Positions 42,913 to 51,547 of a DNA stretch of 64,000 nt are shown piece by piece (the stretch's first letter is position 1; each line of letters starts with the position of its first letter). This stretch comes from Candidatus Algichlamydia australiensis. GTDB lineage: Bacteria; Chlamydiota; Chlamydiia; Chlamydiales; JAJFMI01. The stretch lies in assembly GCA_033977065.1 (NCBI GenBank), contig JAXCHI010000002.1, forward strand, positions 320,001 to 384,000, written 5' to 3'. The notes beneath the pieces are model-generated. The model saw only the letters and a list, made by a program, of their open reading frames with translations. It was not told the origin of the DNA and searched no databases. Position numbers and translations under genes: made by a program.

Positions 42913-43726
42913 AGTTACTCTACTCAATACCGGATACTGCAGAGCTTGGGGGAAAATTGCAGTAAATTGTTGGAGCTGGCAGAGACGTTCTTTTCCTGCA
43001 ATAGTAGCTATGATAGAGCATCCAAAAGAAGGAATTATTTTATTTGATACTGGTTACAGTGAGTCATTTTTTTCTGCGACAAAGAAATTTCCTTACCGTT
43101 TTTATCGTTGGATTACACCCATATACCATAAGAATCAAGAATCGGTGAAGCATCAGCTTGAAGCTCGCGGATTTGGAGCTGACGATGTGCGCGCAATTTT
43201 TATTTCTCATTTTCATGCAGATCATCTATGTGGACTGTGTGATTTTGATAAGGCTAAGTTCTTTTGCTCAGGCACATCTGCAAGAGAAATTAAAAACCTT
43301 AGAGGAGTTTTTGCTTTGCGAAAAGGGTTCTTACCAGACCTTCTTCCTAATGACTTTTTTACTAGGACACAATATCTAGAAAATCTTCAGCTAAAAAATG
43401 TTGGGATACCCAACTCCCCATTTGAAATGGGAATTGATTTATTTCATGATCGCTCTATTGTAGCTATTTTTTTACCAGGTCACGCTCAAGGGCAGATGGG
43501 CTTACTTATTGATCAAAAAACATTTCTAATCGCAGATGCCGTGTGGAATTGTGAAGCTGTCAGAAAGAATATTCCTCCTCATAATCTGGCTCACCTTCTC
43601 CATGAGAATAAAAAAGCTTATCTTGAGACATTTAATAAACTGCATCAGCTTTCACGTTCTCATCCGGAAATACGACTTGTTCCAACGCATTGCCCGTCGG
43701 TTTTAGAAAGTAAAGGGGGAGTATGA
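42905..43726 (+). CDS. Metallo-beta-lactamase-fold hydrolase
   Basis: Motifs LFDTGY, SHFHADH, PGHAQGQ, ADA and PTHC. Confidence 0.9.
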   Translation: MVKVTLLNTGYCRAWGKIAVNCWSWQRRSFPAIVAMIEHPKEGIILFDTGYSESFFSATKKFPYRFYRWITPIYHKNQESVKHQLEARGFGADDVRAIFISHFHADHLCGLCDFDKAKFFCSGTSAREIKNLRGVFALRKGFLPDLLPNDFFTRTQYLENLQLKNVGIPNSPFEMGIDLFHDRSIVAIFLPGHAQGQMGLLIDQKTFLIADAVWNCEAVRKNIPPHNLAHLLHENKKAYLETFNKLHQLSRSHPEIRLVPTHCPSVLESKGGV

Positions 43727-45051
43727 AAACCCCAATTCTTCCATTTATTTACAGTTATTTTAATGCCTGTCGCTCTGTAAGAAGATTTCCTTCAAAAAAG
43801 GTTTTAAAATCCTGGCAGGAAAAGCAAGTGCAACGCCACTTACACTGGTTAAGAGGGCATTCTCCCTACTATGCGCAGCGGTTGAAAAGGGTAAACATTT
43901 CTGATTGGCGACAACTGGAGACAGTAAGCAAGTCTGAGATGATGGAGAATTTTGATCGGATAAACACAGCTTCATTAAAAAAAGAGAAATTATTAAATTT
44001 CGCCCTTGCCAACGAAGAGAGTAGAGACTTTGGAAAAGAGGTGGGCAGATTTACTGTTGGGCTCTCATCAGGTACATCTGGTAACAAGGGATTATTCGTT
44101 GTATCTGAAAAAGAGAGGTCTTGTTGGGCAGGATATATCTTGGCACGCATGTTACCAAGGCCTCTATGGCATAAGCAAAGAATTGCTCTTTTTTTACGCT
44201 CAGGAGGCCCCCTTTATCAAAGTACAGGTGGAGTGAGAATACAATTCCAATATTTTGATATATTTAAATCCCTTGATGAGCACTTAGACGCTTTGCAAGA
44301 GTATCAGCCTACTCTTATCGTGGGGCCACCATCTGTACTGAAATTTCTCGCTGAAAAAATTTCAGCTGATAAGCTTTTAATTAAGCCAGAGAAAATCGTT
44401 TCAGTAGCTGAAGTATTGGATCCAATTGATCAAATCCGTATTGAGAATGCCTTTGGTTTCCCGATTCATCAGGTCTATCAAGCTACTGAAGGGTGCATTG
44501 CCTCAACTTGTTCTCATGGTACCCTGCACTTACATGAGGATCTAATGTGCATTGAAAAAGAAGTAGTTGACCTATCGTTTAATCGCTTCGTACCGATTAT
44601 CACAGATTTTTCCCGCACTACTCAACCAATTGTGCGATATAGACTAGATGACATTTTAGTTGAGAAAAAGACCCCATGCCCCTGTGGATCTATATTTACC
44701 CAACTTGAAAGCATTGAGGGACGTTGTGATGATACGCTGGTATTTGAATCTAAAGATAAAAATACTTGTGTAGCGATTTACCCCGATTTTTTTAGACGAT
44801 GTGTTGCTTTTTCCTCTAACCAAATATTTGAGTATCGAATTGTCCAAACAAATTTTGACCAGCTACTAATCGAGTTTTCTTCCCTTTCTAAGGAACGAGA
44901 GAGAATAAAGAAAAAGATCTATAAAGAGTTAGTACAGCTTTTTACTCAAAAAAATGTTGCCATACCAGATATAAGCTATTCTTTATGGAAACCGCATCCA
45001 GTTCATCAAAAAATGAGGCGTGTGTTTCGGAAATTTGATATTTATGAGTGA
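43723..45051 (+). CDS. Adenylate-forming enzyme (F390-synthetase/PaaK-like)
   Basis: Motifs VGLSSGTSGNKGLF, VAEVL, YQATEG, RYRLDD and IEGRCDD. Confidence 0.88.
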   Translation: MKTPILPFIYSYFNACRSVRRFPSKKVLKSWQEKQVQRHLHWLRGHSPYYAQRLKRVNISDWRQLETVSKSEMMENFDRINTASLKKEKLLNFALANEESRDFGKEVGRFTVGLSSGTSGNKGLFVVSEKERSCWAGYILARMLPRPLWHKQRIALFLRSGGPLYQSTGGVRIQFQYFDIFKSLDEHLDALQEYQPTLIVGPPSVLKFLAEKISADKLLIKPEKIVSVAEVLDPIDQIRIENAFGFPIHQVYQATEGCIASTCSHGTLHLHEDLMCIEKEVVDLSFNRFVPIITDFSRTTQPIVRYRLDDILVEKKTPCPCGSIFTQLESIEGRCDDTLVFESKDKNTCVAIYPDFFRRCVAFSSNQIFEYRIVQTNFDQLLIEFSSLSKERERIKKKIYKELVQLFTQKNVAIPDISYSLWKPHPVHQKMRRVFRKFDIYE

Positions 45052-46192
45052 TATTCAGCTTTATTCATTTGATGAATGCAACACGATTCCATTTCCTTCT
45101 ACATATGAAGGAGAGTACGCAAGAGGATTTTTTGAAGCATTTATGAAAGAGGGGGCTAAGAAATTCATCTCAAACATTGAAACGCAAATTTATTGTCTTA
45201 AAATCGATGATCACTTTTTCCCCGTAACAGTAAATAAAGCAGAGTATGATAACTCATATGTTACTTCGCCATTTGGAATCATCAAATACGCTCAAGAAGA
45301 ATTGAAACGGTTTGACCACTGGTTTCTTACTCCTTTGTTAAAACCAATACTGAGAATAATAGGTAAATTTTTAAAAAAGGGTAAAATTAATCAAGTTGTT
45401 TCAGTCAATAATTGGCTATTGTCTACAAACCTTTATCCTCAAATAATACCAAAACAAATCAGTGAAGCTGTAGTGCTGCTTCAAAAAAGGTTCCCATCAC
45501 ATTGTATTCTCTGGCGTTCGATAAATCGAACCTATCCTCATAATTTACTAGAACACTTTAAAGAGCTACCTTGCCGCTTACTTTTTTCTAGGCAAATATA
45601 TTTTTATAATCCATTTAATAAAAACTCATTAAACTCTAAGCAAAGGTGGAATATCAAAAATGATCGTAAGTTAATCCAACTTAATGATTATGAAGTTGTA
45701 ACTGGCGATAAGATAAAAACTGAAGATATACCAAGGATAAAAGAGTTGTATGATCTACTCTACCTTAAAAAGTATACAGCACTAAATCCACAGTTTACAG
45801 AAGAGTTTATTCGTCTAGCTATAGATAAAAAACTTTTGACAATTATCGCCATTCGTAAAAATAGAAAAATTGATGGGATTATAGGGTATTTCACAAAAGA
45901 AAATGTAATGACAACACCCCTTTTAGGATATGATACCGCTTTGCCCCAAAAAGTCGGTCTTTATCGTATGCTTACTGCCATTTGTATTGATGAGGCGGAT
46001 CGTAATAGAATTTTACTCCATCATAGTTCTGGAGCCGCCCATTTTAAGAGGGTACGTGGGATGACAGCCGACCGTGAGTATACCGCAGTTTTTCATAAAC
46101 ATCTCTTTAAAAGACGCCAGATAATATGGGCTTTACTTACCTCATTTTTTAACAAAGTTGGAGAGCCAATTCTAACTCAATTTAAGCTTTAA
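45044..46192 (+). CDS. GNAT-like / unknown protein ending the operon
   Basis: Motifs VNNWLLSTNLY, YLKKYTALNPQFT, TTPLLGYD and SSGAAHFKRVRG (GNAT/FemAB-like C-terminus). Translationally coupled to the preceding gene. Confidence 0.7.
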   Translation: MSDIQLYSFDECNTIPFPSTYEGEYARGFFEAFMKEGAKKFISNIETQIYCLKIDDHFFPVTVNKAEYDNSYVTSPFGIIKYAQEELKRFDHWFLTPLLKPILRIIGKFLKKGKINQVVSVNNWLLSTNLYPQIIPKQISEAVVLLQKRFPSHCILWRSINRTYPHNLLEHFKELPCRLLFSRQIYFYNPFNKNSLNSKQRWNIKNDRKLIQLNDYEVVTGDKIKTEDIPRIKELYDLLYLKKYTALNPQFTEEFIRLAIDKKLLTIIAIRKNRKIDGIIGYFTKENVMTTPLLGYDTALPQKVGLYRMLTAICIDEADRNRILLHHSSGAAHFKRVRGMTADREYTAVFHKHLFKRRQIIWALLTSFFNKVGEPILTQFKL

Positions 46193-46239
46193 TATTATTC
46201 GCTCAAGTTGCTACCCCTTTCCTATAGAGTAACTTGAGT

Positions 46240-46455
46240 TTATTCTTCCCAGAATTCTTTATGAACGGCTACGCCTCTAGTTGAGGTAGAGTCAACAACA
46301 GCGATTTTGTGGATATGCAGGGCTTTCATAACGCCTAGGGCCAAGATAGCGTTTGATGCGTCGACGCTTGCGAAGGGATTTTTGATTTCTTCATTGCTTT
46401 TCCCAGTTGCGGTTTTGAGATATTCGCGCAGATCCTTCCTTTTGATTTCATCTCC
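46240..46455 (-). pseudogene. Start-less 71-codon gene remnant
   Basis: Open frame GDEIKRKDLREYL..DASNAILALGVMKALHIHKIAVVDSTSTRGVAVHKEFWEE-stop, bounded upstream by an in-frame TAA. A hairpin at 46202-46238 follows it. Confidence 0.45.
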
Positions 46456-46544
46456 TTAAGAAGGGGCCAATTTCAATAAATATTGTATTTAACTTATAAT
46501 TAATTACTTAAGTACTGCTCTCTAGAAAAAAATATGAAAAATCA

Positions 46545-46604
46545 TTGACAAGCACTAGATTTTCCTGGAAAATCTAGTGTATAGACTAGATATTCTGGAA
46601 AACT
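46545..46604 (+). promoter_or_regulatory. Promoter with a palindromic operator-like site
   Basis: TTGACA (46545) is followed by the perfect palindrome cactagattttcc-t-ggaaaatctagtg (46553-46579) and a degenerate second copy. Confidence 0.65.
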
Positions 46605-47780
46605 ATGATTACAAGGTTATTAAAAGAAAAGTTAGATAGAGCATTGTCTAGAGGAAAGAGCGTGTTGCTTTTAGGTCCTCGTCAAACAGGTAAGACAACT
46701 TTAATTAAGAAGTATAAAGCTGATTTAGTAATCACGCTTTTGCTGTCTAAAGTAAGAAGGCGATATGAAGTAGACCCCGACCAATTAATTCGAGAAGTAC
46801 AGGCTTTGCATAAGAAAAATGGCAAACCGCCTTTGATTATTATCGATGAAGTACAAAAAGTACCTCCTCTTATGGATGGAGTTCAGTATTTAATTGACGA
46901 AAACTTGGGGCAATTTATTCTTACTGGGTCTTCTGCACGAAAATTACGTACAGGTCAACATGTGAATCTTCTTCCAGGACGCGTTATTCAAATGCGTCTT
47001 GATCCATTTACTATAAATGAGTTCATGCATGAGAGTATTGAAGAGTATTTAAAGTATGGTTCGCTTCCTGCAATCTCATTAGAAAAAGATTCGACAAATC
47101 GAGAAGAAGAATTAGATTCTTATGTGGATTTATATCTTGAGGATGAAGTTCGCGCTGAAGCACTGGTGCGCGACATCGGTTCATTTGAAAATTTTTTGCG
47201 ATTGGCAGCAATAGAATCTGGAAATATTGTCAATTTCGGAAAAATTTCCCAAGATGTAGGAGTAGCGAGTAGTACAATTTCTGCTTACTACCAAATTTTA
47301 GAAGATTGCCTTATTGTCGAGCGCATCGAGCCTTATACAGAAAGTGTAATACGCAAGAAATTAATTCGTTCTCCTATTTATCTTTTTTTCGATTTGGGTC
47401 TGCGTCGATTGGCTGCTGCAGAACAAGCTGTTTTGCCTCAAAAGCATTTGGGAGCTTTATTTGAGCAATTTATTGGTCTAGAGCTTGTTCGCTGGGCGCG
47501 TTTACAGAAGAAAAAGATTTCCATACATTTTTGGCGGGACGCTAATGGCCCTGAAGTAGATTGGGTTGTTAAATGTGGAGAGTCGCTCATTCCTATAGAA
47601 GTCAAATGGACAGAAGCACCTTCACCTCGAGATGCAAAGCATCTTGAACTTTTTTTAAGAGAGTATCCCGAAGCAAAAAAAGCATTTGTTGTTTGTAGAG
47701 TAGACAGGCCACAACAGTTGAAAGAGGGAATTCAAGCTATTTCATGGAAAAAACTCTATGAGGTACTTCAACTGGAATAG
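46605..47780 (+). CDS. AAA_14 ATPase with DUF4143 domain
   Basis: Motifs GPRQTGKTT, IIDEVQK, FILTGSS, YFFDLG-like, and EVDWV..IPIEVK. Confidence 0.9.
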   Translation: MITRLLKEKLDRALSRGKSVLLLGPRQTGKTTLIKKYKADLVITLLLSKVRRRYEVDPDQLIREVQALHKKNGKPPLIIIDEVQKVPPLMDGVQYLIDENLGQFILTGSSARKLRTGQHVNLLPGRVIQMRLDPFTINEFMHESIEEYLKYGSLPAISLEKDSTNREEELDSYVDLYLEDEVRAEALVRDIGSFENFLRLAAIESGNIVNFGKISQDVGVASSTISAYYQILEDCLIVERIEPYTESVIRKKLIRSPIYLFFDLGLRRLAAAEQAVLPQKHLGALFEQFIGLELVRWARLQKKKISIHFWRDANGPEVDWVVKCGESLIPIEVKWTEAPSPRDAKHLELFLREYPEAKKAFVVCRVDRPQQLKEGIQAISWKKLYEVLQLE

Positions 47781-48342
47781 CATGTCCACAATTAGGAACT
47801 AATTGAGACTCTATTCCCATTCGCAAAAGCCTTTCATGAATGGGCAAATATTTTTCATCTAACTCCCCAAAAACAAACCTTACGGGCATCTCGGGAAGTT
47901 TTTCCCAGAGGTTTGGTTGTTTGGAGAGGCGGTAGTGAGCAAAGAGTTTGTGCGCCTCTTCTAAATTTACCTGTTTGCGTCTCTGTAACATTTCAGGGAA
48001 ATTTTTTGAATTGCGCAAAGAAGCGAAGAGAGGCTGCGCGTACCACTTTTCGATAAAGTCGGATTGCTTCATGACAGCAAGCCATTTTTTTTCCCAGAGA
48101 ATGCGCTTGGGAATTTCTGAAGGATCAATTCCAGGATTTGCTGAGATGGCAATGACTTCCTTGACTGCTTCAGGATATTGGTGGGTAAACATGAGCGCAA
48201 TTCGTCCGCCCATAGAATAACCAATCAGAGTAAGATTTTTTCCATAGGAAAGAAGATCTGAAAGTTTTTCAGGAAGAGGAATGGCGTTGCAATTCGGAAA
48301 ATCTTCCGGAGCACCGAGAAAACCAGGAAGAAATATTTTCAT
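47737..48342 (-). CDS. menH: SHCHC synthase (alpha/beta hydrolase)
   Basis: Motifs PGFLG, GYSMGGRIAL, WYAQPLF, GELDEKY and GHAI. It is the gene missing from the men cluster. Confidence 0.8.
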   Translation of the reverse strand: MKIFLPGFLGAPEDFPNCNAIPLPEKLSDLLSYGKNLTLIGYSMGGRIALMFTHQYPEAVKEVIAISANPGIDPSEIPKRILWEKKWLAVMKQSDFIEKWYAQPLFASLRNSKNFPEMLQRRKQVNLEEAHKLFAHYRLSKQPNLWEKLPEMPVRFVFGELDEKYLPIHERLLRMGIESQLVPNCGHAIPVEVPHRVFSMK

Positions 48343-49022
48343 TTATATTTGTATTGTGAGAGGTATTTTTTAAAGAGGTCGGGGTGGTTTTCTTGCACGG
48401 CAAGTTCGATTTTTTCAATTTGTTCTATCGTCATTTTTTTGGTATGAAATTGAAGGTCTTCTCCTTTTGACTGCGCGCCGCCCATCCGGCGGTAGTAGCG
48501 TATCAGGCGGTCGCGGTGGTAATTAAAATCTTCCATGTAACGGGTGAGATATTTGGGATCAGCTTCAAGAAAATGAAGAACTTTTTTCAGTTCAAGTTCA
48601 GGGTCACGCATAAGGTCTTCATAGTAGATTAGCAGACGATCTTTTTCTGGCCATTTTTCGTAAGTGTAGAGATTGGCAAAGTAGTCGTAGCTTCCTTCAA
48701 TCGCTTTCAAAGTCTTTTCAAAGTTTTGAAAGTGGCGCGTAATCGCCTCGCGATAGTTGCGCACAATCAATAGCATCCGATCGCCCTCTTCTCGAACTGC
48801 GGGCCCTCGCTGAAAGTTATGCGTGTGGATTAACGGCTCGTTTGCAGGATTTGCTCCAAGATCAAACCACTTCCAATTCGTTTTTTGGCCGCCCACGTAC
48901 CAATTGCGCTTTGTAAGATATTCTAGGCTGTAGAGCATAAAGTGTGTCCCAGAGCGTGGCGCTGTTACCAGGTAGTCTTTTGCGAAGAGGGTAAATGGTA
49001 AAAGAAAAAAAAGTACTTTCAT
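48339..49022 (-). CDS. Sulfotransferase-domain protein
   Basis: 5'-PSB-like PRSGTH, 3'-PB-like IVRNYREAI, and YYEDLMRDPELELKKVLHFL; short signal-like N-terminus. Confidence 0.75.
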   Translation of the reverse strand: MKVLFFLLPFTLFAKDYLVTAPRSGTHFMLYSLEYLTKRNWYVGGQKTNWKWFDLGANPANEPLIHTHNFQRGPAVREEGDRMLLIVRNYREAITRHFQNFEKTLKAIEGSYDYFANLYTYEKWPEKDRLLIYYEDLMRDPELELKKVLHFLEADPKYLTRYMEDFNYHRDRLIRYYRRMGGAQSKGEDLQFHTKKMTIEQIEKIELAVQENHPDLFKKYLSQYKYK

Positions 49023-49037
49023 GTTTCTACTCTATTC

Positions 49038-51491
49038 TTATCCAATAATTTTTCTCCACAAAAGCGAGTAAAGTGGTTCATCTTTCAAAAATCTTATTTC
49101 TCGCATTAATTCGTTGTATCGCACTTCATCAATTGCTTTACCTTTCCAGATTGCTAGTTCTTTTTTTTGCTCTTCTGTGAATTTGCAATCAAGTGTTCCA
49201 ATACGGTCCAATCTTGCTACATATATACCAACTTTTCCATAGTTAGCTTCTGCAAACGCTTTTGCAGCCAATCTGTGGATGATTTGAGCGGAAGCAGCTT
49301 TGTCTCCATTTTGCTCGTATATATTTGCTAACTTCCAAGCAAGTTTCGCGCTTAAAACGTAAGAGTACAATTTCTTAAGTGTCTCTTCTTCTTGTTCTGG
49401 TTGTTTTTTTATCAACCATTTTGCACATTCAACTGCAAGCTGTTCATATTGAATTTCCTTCACTTCACAAAGTAGGGTAAAAAGTCCTCTTTTTAGAAGA
49501 GTTGAATTTGGAAGATCTGCATAAGCATTCATATAAATTTCAATAGCCTTACGCGTTTGTGCTTCTTTCTGCTCCTCATTTTCATTTGCTTTTTTTAGAC
49601 AATTTTCAGCCCATATTACATAGAGTTCTTGAAGCTTTTCTTGAGTTAGTATCCCTTTAAAAGTCTCGCACGAGGGGGTAATCAGTTGAATAAAGTACTC
49701 GTCATAATTGCTTTCTTGCACTTCCTTATAGAAATGAGTAACAAATTCATCGATAATCGGGGAGTGAGATGGTCCTTCTAATTCTATTCCAAATGCTTCA
49801 AATCCATGTTCTGGGTGAATCTCTGCGACCATTGATTCTATCTGATCGAGAAGAATCTCATTATAGTTAGAATTTTTACTATTTATGATTTTTTCTGCTA
49901 GAAGAACGCGTAAGGAGATGTTTGTGGGAAACGCCTTAACAGCGTTCATTAAAATAGTAATTTCCTTTTTAGGAGCACAGTTTCCTGTCCATACCAAGTA
50001 AAGCCTTATGAGTTTTTGATCATCCCAAACACGTTGAAAAAGTTGAATATTGTCGTTGATAACTTGAAAATAGTACTCATCGAAATTTTGTTCGTAGACA
50101 TAGGTGTAAATTTCATTCATCATACGGTCGAGATAGAAAGAGTCTCTTTCATCTATTGAGTATTGATGCTCGATCCATCTCACTTCTTGAAGAAGGCGAT
50201 CTGTGCATTTTGGTTGTTTACATCTAAACAAAAAGAACAAGAACTTTAAGTGAAGGTAGGAATACAAAGGCAGTACCTGTAAGCTTTTTTCGTAGATAGA
50301 AAGAGTGTTTTTGGTTCGAATTGAATGGTTAATAAGCTCAGCTTCCCAATCAAGAGGTTCAGCTACAGAGGTAGATTGAGCACAAGATTTTGCACATGCA
50401 TGATACTCTCGAGCGATTTCTACATCAGTGTAGGGTTTCCCCCGAGCTGCGATCATGCTGGAGATCTTGTATAGATGGTCAGTGGGATTTTGGCTCAATT
50501 CAAAAGCTTTTTCGTTGTAAAAAACCGCATTTTGATATTGCTTTAGTTCAAAAAATCTGCGGGCGATTTCTCTACATAAAATAAGTTCCTCTTTTTGTGC
50601 AAATGAGCTATTTTCCTCAAGTGTTTTGTAGCGAATGATATAGGGGAGAGGATTTTTCTCTGCTTTTTTGGTTGCTCTATTAAAATATTCAAGAGAAATT
50701 AATGGATTTTTTGGATCGTAGGTACGCAAAAATGCAAACAACAAGATAAGCATTTTTCCCTCATCCTTTGGAGCAATTTCCACAAGTTTTTCAAATGCAG
50801 CACTGGATTTGGGATCAATATTTAAAATTTTATAGCATATTTTGCGGCAGTAAGTTGCGTCAATGTCTTTCTTCAGTAAAGTTGTGTACCAGCTTAGTGC
50901 CTCTTTATTTTTATCAATAGATTGCAAGAAATCTGCTAATAGCTCTAAAGCTGAGATCGATTGGTCATTTGATAAGTAGGATTGGTAGAGAGCATTTTCT
51001 GTTTTTTGATCATTTTTACAAACAAAATGCAATATGGCCAGGTAAAGATGAGCGAGTTCTTTATCTTGTTGCAATCCTTTTGAATACTCTTTGTCTGTTG
51101 CAAGCTTAATCTGGTTTTCTAAACTTTTACAAAGGTTTTGATATACTTCTATCCAATCACTACTATTATCTTTAAAGTTATCAGGAAGATTTGGGACTGT
51201 GCTGTTTTCCCTGCGTATCCAGTTGCTTATGCGTTTCATTGTTTCAGATACACGAGGAATAAACCGCTTTTCTAGCTCTTCTTGTGTTACCCAATCGGTG
51301 TCGTATTCTTTAAAAACAGGAAACTGTTTTGGATGTGCACCGATTTCTACGTCGAGCACGTTAAACGTTCCCAATTCATGACCATAGACAAAAATGCGAA
51401 ATGTATCTGGCTCCGGACCTAATTGGAATAGGCAAGCTCCTGAAGGATGGAAGAAGGCTTTTTTGTAGGGAAAAGCATTTGTGACAAGCAT
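49038..51491 (-). CDS. Large helical-repeat (TPR-like) hypothetical protein
   Basis: 817-codon AT-rich ORF with a GGAG RBS and TPR-like segments (ALELLADFLQ..EALSWY; KQYQNAVFYNEKAFEL). Confidence 0.7.
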   Translation of the reverse strand: MLVTNAFPYKKAFFHPSGACLFQLGPEPDTFRIFVYGHELGTFNVLDVEIGAHPKQFPVFKEYDTDWVTQEELEKRFIPRVSETMKRISNWIRRENSTVPNLPDNFKDNSSDWIEVYQNLCKSLENQIKLATDKEYSKGLQQDKELAHLYLAILHFVCKNDQKTENALYQSYLSNDQSISALELLADFLQSIDKNKEALSWYTTLLKKDIDATYCRKICYKILNIDPKSSAAFEKLVEIAPKDEGKMLILLFAFLRTYDPKNPLISLEYFNRATKKAEKNPLPYIIRYKTLEENSSFAQKEELILCREIARRFFELKQYQNAVFYNEKAFELSQNPTDHLYKISSMIAARGKPYTDVEIAREYHACAKSCAQSTSVAEPLDWEAELINHSIRTKNTLSIYEKSLQVLPLYSYLHLKFLFFLFRCKQPKCTDRLLQEVRWIEHQYSIDERDSFYLDRMMNEIYTYVYEQNFDEYYFQVINDNIQLFQRVWDDQKLIRLYLVWTGNCAPKKEITILMNAVKAFPTNISLRVLLAEKIINSKNSNYNEILLDQIESMVAEIHPEHGFEAFGIELEGPSHSPIIDEFVTHFYKEVQESNYDEYFIQLITPSCETFKGILTQEKLQELYVIWAENCLKKANENEEQKEAQTRKAIEIYMNAYADLPNSTLLKRGLFTLLCEVKEIQYEQLAVECAKWLIKKQPEQEEETLKKLYSYVLSAKLAWKLANIYEQNGDKAASAQIIHRLAAKAFAEANYGKVGIYVARLDRIGTLDCKFTEEQKKELAIWKGKAIDEVRYNELMREIRFLKDEPLYSLLWRKIIG

Positions 51492-51547
51492 AAAAGACTC
51501 CTGAAAAATTTAAAGATTAGATTGGAATTTACTACTCTTTAAGAAAT

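Noticed and set aside
39570..47800. Integrase or attR that would define a classical tRNA-integrated island
   Set aside because: I found no recombinase ORF and no distal copy of the tRNA-Ser 3' end by eye, so island status remains an inference.
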